This document shows, piece by piece, positions 1-5,118 of a DNA stretch of 64,000 nucleotides (the stretch's first letter is position 1; the number at the start of each line of letters is the position of its first letter). The notes below the pieces were generated by a model that worked only from the letters and a program-made list of their open reading frames with translations, was not told the origin of the DNA and did no database searches. This stretch comes from an uncultured Prevotellaceae bacterium (GTDB lineage: Bacteria > Bacteroidota > Bacteroidia > Bacteroidales > Bacteroidaceae), in NCBI GenBank assembly GCA_902761905.1, contig CACWMK010000010.1, positions 3,215 to 67,214 of the forward strand. Reading direction: 5' to 3'. A program made the position numbers and the translations under genes.

Positions 1-222
1 AGCGTGCGGAGTATAGAAGTGGGCGCCAATCTTCAACTCGCGTTTCTTAGCCTTATGCTCATCTTCGGTCAGTTCACCACGCAACTTCTGTTCCAGTGCG
101 TCGGCCAGCTGGGCGCAGATGTCCCCAGTGTGGGGATCATCCGCGTAGCTGTAGAAACCTTCGGGTGTGGCTGCAGTGGTCTGCGGACTGCGCATATCGC
201 GGCCTATATCTATTCTTGACAT
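1..222 (-). CDS. VirE N-terminal domain (BT4734/BF3469-like) protein, partial; runs off the window edge
   Basis: Not in the ORF track. ATG at 222 overlaps the lysozyme stop (TAATG) and the frame stays open to base 1: MSRIDIGRDMRSPQTTAATPEGFYSYADDPHTGDICAQLADALEQKLRGELTEDEHKAKKRELKIGAHFYTPHA. It resembles the N-terminus of Prevotella VirE-like primase/helicase proteins (recognised from memory). Confidence 0.6.
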   Translation of the reverse strand, partial: MSRIDIGRDMRSPQTTAATPEGFYSYADDPHTGDICAQLADALEQKLRGELTEDEHKAKKRELKIGAHFYTPHA

Positions 223-650
223 TATAACTCGAAAAATCGTTTAGATTCCCATGCACGGCGCACTTCCAGTCCACGCAGTCGTCGGCCACCGGCATACACC
301 CATCGATGAAACTCCTTGCAAATCTGATTGACCGACCCGCCATTGCGTATCAACTTGAGCAGAGTAGAACTCTTAAACTTGTCGAATCCGATGTTGAACA
401 CAAGCGACACCAGTGCGTCGGTCTGTCCCTGTGTTAGCACCAGTCCCAGCGTGTCAATCTGCTCCTCTACCTTAGCCACATCGCGCTCCAGCAGTTCGCG
501 AGCCCAGTACTTGCTTATCTGGTCGCCCATGCGCACATTCCATGTGTGGCCGTAACCGATGGTTACTACTCCTGCAGCGTCGCGATAGGCACTCAACTTG
601 AGTCCTTCGAACTCCATCAGTTTTCCTAACAATAGTCTGCTCGCTTTCAT
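222..650 (-). CDS. Phage-type lysozyme (GH24)
   Basis: Catalytic E-x8-D-x5-T triad in MEFEGLKLSAYRDAAGVVTIGYGHT; also DALVSLVFNIG and GLEVRRAWE motifs. Confidence 0.9.
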   Translation of the reverse strand: MKASRLLLGKLMEFEGLKLSAYRDAAGVVTIGYGHTWNVRMGDQISKYWARELLERDVAKVEEQIDTLGLVLTQGQTDALVSLVFNIGFDKFKSSTLLKLIRNGGSVNQICKEFHRWVYAGGRRLRGLEVRRAWESKRFFEL

Positions 651-1273
651 TGTGGCATCTTAACGAAATCGATTAGTGTAATGTCCTGCAGTGTGCGACC
701 GTCGTACTCAAACGTGTCAAACATCAGTTTGCCAGCTATCACATCGCCGGGCTGCAGCTCTACTTGTGCCAGCGTTCCTAGCACATTCACCACAAATCGG
801 GCTTTTCGCTTGCCACCCAGGCCCTCAATCACCAACATGCGCTTGGGTGTCGACTTGGTTCCCACACTAAAGAGTTCGCCACTCTTTTCAACTCTGAAAA
901 TCTTTTCCATTTTCCTTTCGTGTTCGATTACTTTTATATTACTGTCCTCCTTCATTACATTTACCAGCAGGTCTAGCTGATACTGCACCAGCAGATTGCG
1001 AGGCTTAGGCAGATAGCCCGTCAAACGGTTCAACAGCAGTGCATAGTCGATGGCTGCGCGATCGTAGGGGTGATAAAACTGCAGAACCTTTTCCACCTTT
1101 TGGCGCTGGCGGGTGGTAAGAAACAGGTTAAGCAGATTTCTCATCATCCGCTCGGGCACGTTCATCTCCCAGTCGCCTACCACCTCCGTCTGGTTGGTCT
1201 TGTCTATCCAAGGCATCAACCACTCCATCGTCTGTGTCAGACCGTAGTCGTACATTTTTTCTTTGTCAATCAT
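647..1273 (-). CDS. Hypothetical protein with a C-terminal DUF3127-like OB-fold (probable ssDNA-binding) domain
   Basis: Start trimmed to ATG 1273 because a -7 promoter box (1328-1335) lies inside the longer ORF. The last 87 aa from internal ATG 910 (MEKIFRV...GLGGK...LGTLAQVELQPGDVI...YDGRTLQDITL) resemble small Bacteroidetes OB-fold proteins. Confidence 0.6.
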   Translation of the reverse strand: MIDKEKMYDYGLTQTMEWLMPWIDKTNQTEVVGDWEMNVPERMMRNLLNLFLTTRQRQKVEKVLQFYHPYDRAAIDYALLLNRLTGYLPKPRNLLVQYQLDLLVNVMKEDSNIKVIEHERKMEKIFRVEKSGELFSVGTKSTPKRMLVIEGLGGKRKARFVVNVLGTLAQVELQPGDVIAGKLMFDTFEYDGRTLQDITLIDFVKMPQ

Positions 1274-1327
1274 TTTTCTGATAACTTGTTTTGATTTTAC
1301 ATATTGTTCAGCTCTCGAAAGCGAATG

Positions 1328-1335
1328 CAAAATTA
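1328..1335 (-). promoter_or_regulatory. Bacteroidetes sigma-A -7 element
   Basis: TAATTTTG(CA) on the minus strand, about 55 nt upstream of ATG 1273. Confidence 0.6.
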
Positions 1336-1405
1336 TAGCGAAAAAGCGTACTATCCTGCCGAAAGGGTACAAAATATTCTGCCCGAAATGCAGTTTTTTC
1401 AGGCA

Positions 1406-1455
1406 GAATGAACAGAGTGAAAAGAGTGAACGTGTCTCGATGAAAAGAATGAAAC
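1406..1455. repeat. Degenerate 9-mer repeats (GA[A/G]TGAA..)
   Basis: gaatgaaca gagtgaaaa gagtgaacg ... cgatgaaaa gaatgaaac. Confidence 0.45.
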
Positions 1456-1458
1456 TGT

Positions 1459-2187
1459 TTACTCCTTATACGGCATGCTTTCAGGCAGTTTCTTGCCTAC
1501 AAGTATGCAATACTCCCTTTCGTCTTCATGCTCAGGTCCCCACCCTTTGTAGCGACCTTCAGGCAACTTTCGCATCTTTTGCGACATGGTATTTGCCGTT
1601 AGAGCAACATCCAGATCGGCTGATAATATATCCCACGCCTGCATCACCTTGATGAAATCAGTGTGATGATTGCGATGATATAGTTGTCCATGGTCGTAGA
1701 ATGTGGCCTCAATAAGTGCCAACTGCGCACCGTCGCCATTATAATAAGCATCTACAGCAGCCTTAAGTCGCTCGCGAACAAACTGACTACTATGCTTGAA
1801 AACTCTACGGATTTCCTCGTCGCTCATCATTTCCACCTTATTATATATAGGCGATAGTATGGATGTGGAGTCGTCGGCAACTTCCTCAAAGTCAGCGTAT
1901 TCTGCCTCGTCTGATTCGTCGTCAGTCTCATTGCCATAGTTGAACACCGGGTGGTCCATATCACCATTGTAAATGATGCGACCATGATTGTAGTTGATGA
2001 TGATTTTTTGATGTTTGGGCATAATAACTTTATTAATTAGGTCTTTAAAATACAAATTCTCGTTTCTAAGATTACGGATTTCACATCTCTGTTTATAGCA
2101 TTTCCACAACAATACAACAAAAAGACACAGAAAAACAAGGCCGTGTCTGGTTAGGTTTTGCCATATGGATGATAGTAACGTAGTCAT
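1459..2187 (-). CDS. Hypothetical protein with an N-terminal transmembrane anchor
   Basis: 242-aa ORF with hydrophobic GLVFLCLFVVLLW, an acidic linker and its own -7 box at 2207-2214. Confidence 0.7.
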   Translation of the reverse strand: MTTLLSSIWQNLTRHGLVFLCLFVVLLWKCYKQRCEIRNLRNENLYFKDLINKVIMPKHQKIIINYNHGRIIYNGDMDHPVFNYGNETDDESDEAEYADFEEVADDSTSILSPIYNKVEMMSDEEIRRVFKHSSQFVRERLKAAVDAYYNGDGAQLALIEATFYDHGQLYHRNHHTDFIKVMQAWDILSADLDVALTANTMSQKMRKLPEGRYKGWGPEHEDEREYCILVGKKLPESMPYKE

Positions 2188-2206
2188 TATTTAATAATAG
2201 GTGTGG

Positions 2207-2214
2207 CAAAGATA
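2207..2214 (-). promoter_or_regulatory. -7 promoter element
   Basis: TATCTTTG(CC) on the minus strand. Confidence 0.6.
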
Positions 2215-2287
2215 CCATAAATTATTGATACAGCCAAATTTTTCAGCGAATTTAGTAATAAAACTTTAAACTGGGTTTGAGTTTTCT

Positions 2288-2306
2288 ACTAACTAACTTA
2301 GTTAGT
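2288..2306. repeat. Inverted repeat with perfect 9-bp arms (operator-like)
   Basis: ACTAACTAA-C-TTAGTTAGT. Confidence 0.6.
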
Positions 2307-2404
2307 GGTATTTACATGTATTAGCACGAATTAACAAGTATGTAATTAAATTCTATTAATTATTTAGATCGATTTACATTGTATATATTTTTCAACAGTC
2401 TGTT

Positions 2405-2559
2405 TTCTTTCAATCTTTCATTCTTTCAATCTTTCATCCGAAAGGAAACAACTGCAAACAAAACCAATATTATAATAATATATATATTATTATAATATTG
2501 ACGACTTTAAGGCCAGCAATCTAGCAGTGAAAGAATGAAAGAATGAAAGAATGAAAGGA
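2405..2559. repeat. Symmetric structure: four 8-mers, a 36-bp perfect AT palindrome, four inverted 8-mers
   Basis: [T/A]TCTTTCA x4 (2405-2436); CAATATTATAATAATATATATATTATTATAATATTG (2465-2500, all 18 pairs checked); TGAAAG[A/G]A x4 (2528-2559). Confidence 0.9.
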
Positions 2560-2599
2560 TTTCACCACTCCACCTCAATCATAGCTCTACCCTAACTAG

Positions 2600-2643
2600 A
2601 TCGCCCGTCTACTCGGAGTAAATCGCCCGTCTACCCGGAGTAG
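2600..2643 (+). repeat. 22-bp tandem direct repeat, 2 copies
   Basis: ATCGCCCGTCTACTCGGAGTAA / ATCGCCCGTCTACCCGGAGTAG (20 of 22 identical). Confidence 0.85.
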
Positions 2644-2731
2644 ATTAAATCACGCCTAAATTCGCATTTCTCTTTAACGTTATTTAAGAAATAAAAATAC
2701 CCTAAACGTCCAATCGCATCAAAAATCTTCG

Positions 2732-2739
2732 TATCTTTG
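2732..2739 (+). promoter_or_regulatory. -7 promoter element for the HU-like gene
   Basis: TATCTTTG(CA), 34 nt upstream of ATG 2773. Confidence 0.65.
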
Positions 2740-2772
2740 CATTGTTAATCTTAAACGAACATACAAAAGATT

Positions 2773-3435
2773 ATGGCATCAGAGAAGATTGCTATGGGGA
2801 TTAATCTCCGACAGAACAAAAACAAAAACAACGCCGGTTACGGCAAGTATTATCCTGAGGTTGACCAGCAGAAGACATTGAGTCTGCGTGGATTCGCCGA
2901 GCACATGGTCAGCCACGGCTGTCCTCACGGCCGAGCCATCGTAGAGGGCGTGCTGATGCAGATTACCGAGTGTCTGCCAGAGTTGGTGGCACAGGGCATT
3001 CCAGTACAGTTGGGCAGTCTGGGTATCTTCTACCCTACAGCCGAGGTGGCCGAGAATGGTGCAGTGGCCAGCATCGCTGCCATGGACGGTCTGAACCCCA
3101 GCGACATCGTGAAGGCTATCCACATCAGATTCTTGCCCGACTCGACCAAGCTCGACAACCTGTGCGGTCCTAAGTTTAAGGATGCATGTGCTCTGGAGTT
3201 GCGCAACATCGTAGACACCAAAGAGGTGACGGTGGACGGCAAGAAGAAAAAGGTACAGACGCTTAAGCCAATCGCCACAGCAGTAGCAGAGTACAAGTCG
3301 GGTCAGTCAGCATCGAGCGGCCCCAGCCAGAGCGGCAATACTGGTGGTAGTCAGACCCCAAGTCAGGGTGGCAACACCAGCGGAGGTGGTAACACCGGCG
3401 GCGGCGGCGATGACGACGACGTAACCTACGATTAA
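2773..3435 (+). CDS. Bacteroidetes HU/IHF-like DNA-binding protein with a Gly/Ser-rich tail
   Basis: GKYYPEV...TLSLRGFAEHM...V.GVL......ELVAQG.PVQLGSLG.FYP pattern, followed by a low-complexity G/S/N/T tail ending DDDDVTYD. Confidence 0.8.
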   Translation: MASEKIAMGINLRQNKNKNNAGYGKYYPEVDQQKTLSLRGFAEHMVSHGCPHGRAIVEGVLMQITECLPELVAQGIPVQLGSLGIFYPTAEVAENGAVASIAAMDGLNPSDIVKAIHIRFLPDSTKLDNLCGPKFKDACALELRNIVDTKEVTVDGKKKKVQTLKPIATAVAEYKSGQSASSGPSQSGNTGGSQTPSQGGNTSGGGNTGGGGDDDDVTYD

Positions 3436-3481
3436 AGCACCGAGGCTGGGGCGCAAGCCCCACCCTCTCCTAACACCCCTC

Positions 3482-3645
3482 TGTCATCTCGACTAAGCGT
3501 AGCATCCCCCTCTGTCATCTCGACTAAGCGTAGCGCATGGAGAGATCTCATGATCTCATGTAGGAGATTTCTTGGACAAGCCAAGCGGCAGAGCCGAGCG
3601 CTCGACTACGCTCGAGATGACAAGGCTGGGGGGAGCGAGATGACA
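3482..3645. repeat. Cluster of MITE/REP-like palindromic elements (TGTCATCTCGA...TCGAGATGACA)
   Basis: Truncated left arm at 3482-3503, full 110-bp element at 3513-3622 with 11-bp terminal inverted repeats, and an extra right-arm fragment CGAGATGACA at 3636-3645. Confidence 0.8.
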
Positions 3646-3702
3646 AAAGGAAAACAAAATCAGTAAAATCCGTATAATCCGTAGGAAAAACAGAAAAAGC
3701 GT

Positions 3703-3804
3703 ATGACCAAGAAGGAAACCATCAAGTTTGTAGTTCAGCTTATCGCATCGATTGCATCGGCGATACTGACGGCACTGGGAGCGACATCGTGCGTAGGCGC
3801 GTAA
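3703..3804 (+). CDS. 33-aa 'smalltalk'-family small hydrophobic protein
   Basis: Not in the ORF track. MTKKETIKFVVQLIASIASAILTALGATSCVGA*, with the family's K..I.F...LIAS.A.AILTALG.TSC pattern, in its usual position after an HU-like gene and followed by a terminator. Confidence 0.8.
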   Translation: MTKKETIKFVVQLIASIASAILTALGATSCVGA

Positions 3805-3813
3805 CAAATGAAT

Positions 3814-3845
3814 AAGGCTTGCATCTGATTGCAAGCCTTTTCTTA
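3814..3845 (+). terminator. Intrinsic terminator
   Basis: AAGGCTTGCA-tctgat-TGCAAGCCTT followed by TTCTT. Confidence 0.7.
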
Positions 3846-3873
3846 TTGTATGCCAGGTACCTGTCCCCTGGCA
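3841..3873. repeat. REP-like palindromic direct repeat, copy A
   Basis: TCTTATTGTATGCCAGGTACCTGTCCCCTGGCA with TGCCAGG/CCTGGCA arms; 31 of 33 identical to copy C. Confidence 0.8.
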
Positions 3874-3879
3874 TAAAGC

Positions 3880-3990
3880 TCAGAATATCTGTGCTATCTG
3901 TTGGGGTCTGTCCTTTTCCTTTGCACCTGCTACATTGTCAAGCTGCTCGTCTTTGAGCTCATCTTGCTTCTTGATTTCTTCTGTTTTCAT
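3880..3990 (-). CDS. 36-aa peptide with a double-glycine-type leader (precursor 1)
   Basis: Not in the ORF track. MKTEEIKKQDELKDEQLDNVAGA-KEKDRPQQIAQIF*; the leader matches EL.DEQL..V.G[GA]. Confidence 0.75.
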   Translation of the reverse strand: MKTEEIKKQDELKDEQLDNVAGAKEKDRPQQIAQIF

Positions 3991-4055
3991 AATTGTAAAG
4001 TTTTAAAATGTTAATAATAATATTTATTTTTTTAATTAATAATTTTACTCAGACG

Positions 4056-4082
4056 TGTATGCCAGGAACCTATCCCTCGGCA
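4056..4082. repeat. REP-like palindromic direct repeat, copy B (degenerate)
   Basis: TGTATGCCAGGAACCTATCCCTCGGCA. Confidence 0.65.
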
Positions 4083-4097
4083 GCGTCATTGGCAGCG

Positions 4098-4232
4098 TTA
4101 AGAGACATCTTTGGCTCTTTCCTTGAACTCTTTTATCTCTTTAATGAGATCTTCTACTTCACCTGCACCTGATACATTGTCAAGCTGCTCGTCGTTGAGC
4201 TCATCTTGCTTCTTGATTTCTTCTGTTTTCAT
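4098..4232 (-). CDS. 44-aa peptide with a double-glycine-type leader (precursor 2)
   Basis: Not in the ORF track. MKTEEIKKQDELNDEQLDNVSGA-GEVEDLIKEIKEFKERAKDVS*; 21 of 23 leader residues identical to precursor 1. Confidence 0.75.
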   Translation of the reverse strand: MKTEEIKKQDELNDEQLDNVSGAGEVEDLIKEIKEFKERAKDVS

Positions 4233-4272
4233 AATTGTAATGTTTTAATGTTTTTATTATTGTTTTCTGCTG

Positions 4273-4280
4273 CAAAAGTA
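4273..4280 (-). promoter_or_regulatory. -7 promoter element for the peptide pair
   Basis: TACTTTTG(CAGC) on the minus strand, about 40 nt upstream of ATG 4232. Confidence 0.65.
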
Positions 4281-4371
4281 GGAAAAAAAATCGAAATAGA
4301 TGTATCACTGCTGGAAAAAGTTGTATCAAATCAGGAAAAAATGTCAGGAGTCCCCATGGACGAACGAAAGA

Positions 4372-4431
4372 AAGGCCAGCAGTTAATGCTAGCCTTTATC
4401 TTATTGTATGTCAGGGACCTGTCCCCTGGCA
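4372..4431. repeat. Hairpin plus REP-like direct repeat, copy C
   Basis: AAGGCCAGC-agttaat-GCTAGCCTT hairpin, then TCTTATTGTATGTCAGGGACCTGTCCCCTGGCA (4399-4431); same arrangement as 3814-3873. Confidence 0.8.
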
Positions 4432-4442
4432 GAGTTACCCCT

Positions 4443-4500
4443 TGTCATCTCGACTAAGCGCAGCGCATGGAGAGATCTCTCGACTAAGCTCGAGATGACA
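4443..4500. repeat. 58-bp MITE/REP-like palindromic element
   Basis: TGTCATCTCGA...TCGAGATGACA terminal inverted repeats; left arm nearly identical to 3513-3549. Confidence 0.8.
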
Positions 4501-4597
4501 TGGGTGGATATGAAGACATCTCTCACCTGGACATTGCTCCATTTTTATGTTTAGAGTAAAGAGTGAGTGACATATCTAGTTGATTATTGAGATTTTA

Positions 4598-5095
4598 TTA
4601 CTTTAGAATTTCTGTGATATCCTTGCGGTTCTTTTCTTTGGGTTCGTCGGCGGCGTAGCCGATGGGGATGAGCACGGCGGGCTCTTCGTTGCTGTCGAAG
4701 GTGAACAGCTCGTGGCACTTATCGGCATCGAAGTTGCACACCCAACAGGTGGCCAAACCTTGCTCGGTAGCGGCCAGACACAGATGCTCTACGGCGATGG
4801 CTATGTCGATGTCGCCATGATGCTTGCCATCCTTGCGCACCCACTCCTCGTCGTGCAAGATAGAGCAGATGATGTACATGGGGGCTGTGCAGAACCAATC
4901 GCGGGCGTAACACTGCTGCAACTTGGCACGGTCGGCCTCGGCACTAATAACACGGAACTTCCATGGCTGCTTGTTGACTGCCGACGGTGCAAAGCGCACG
5001 CACTCCATCACGTAGTCGAGCTTGCTCTGTTCCACACTCTGCTGCTGATAGCTTCGGCAGCTATATCTCTGCTTAACTAAATCTAAAAATGCCAT
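4598..5095 (-). CDS. Nitroreductase family protein
   Basis: Start trimmed to MAFLDLVKQRYSCRSY. APSAVNKQPW and L.AT..GLATCWV FMN-binding motifs. Confidence 0.9.
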   Translation of the reverse strand: MAFLDLVKQRYSCRSYQQQSVEQSKLDYVMECVRFAPSAVNKQPWKFRVISAEADRAKLQQCYARDWFCTAPMYIICSILHDEEWVRKDGKHHGDIDIAIAVEHLCLAATEQGLATCWVCNFDADKCHELFTFDSNEEPAVLIPIGYAADEPKEKNRKDITEILK

Positions 5096-5118
5096 ATATT
5101 TTTCTTTCTTATTAATTT

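Larger units (their letters stand above)
1..3845. mobile_element. Putative cryptic element or accessory module (VirE-N, lysozyme, OB-fold, origin-like repeats, HU-like, smalltalk); left end outside the window
   Basis: Phage/satellite-like gene functions around an AT-rich repeat-structured intergenic region. No integrase or att site is visible. Confidence 0.4.

Noticed and set aside
2405-2643. Possible CRISPR array in the 8-mer and 22-bp repeats
   Set aside because: The units are directly adjacent with no unique spacers, are too short or too few, and no cas genes are present.
3447-3462. TGGGGC-GCAA-GCCCCA GNRA hairpin after the HU-like gene as an ncRNA
   Set aside because: It is a single short hairpin with no further structure, most simply an mRNA 3' stabiliser.
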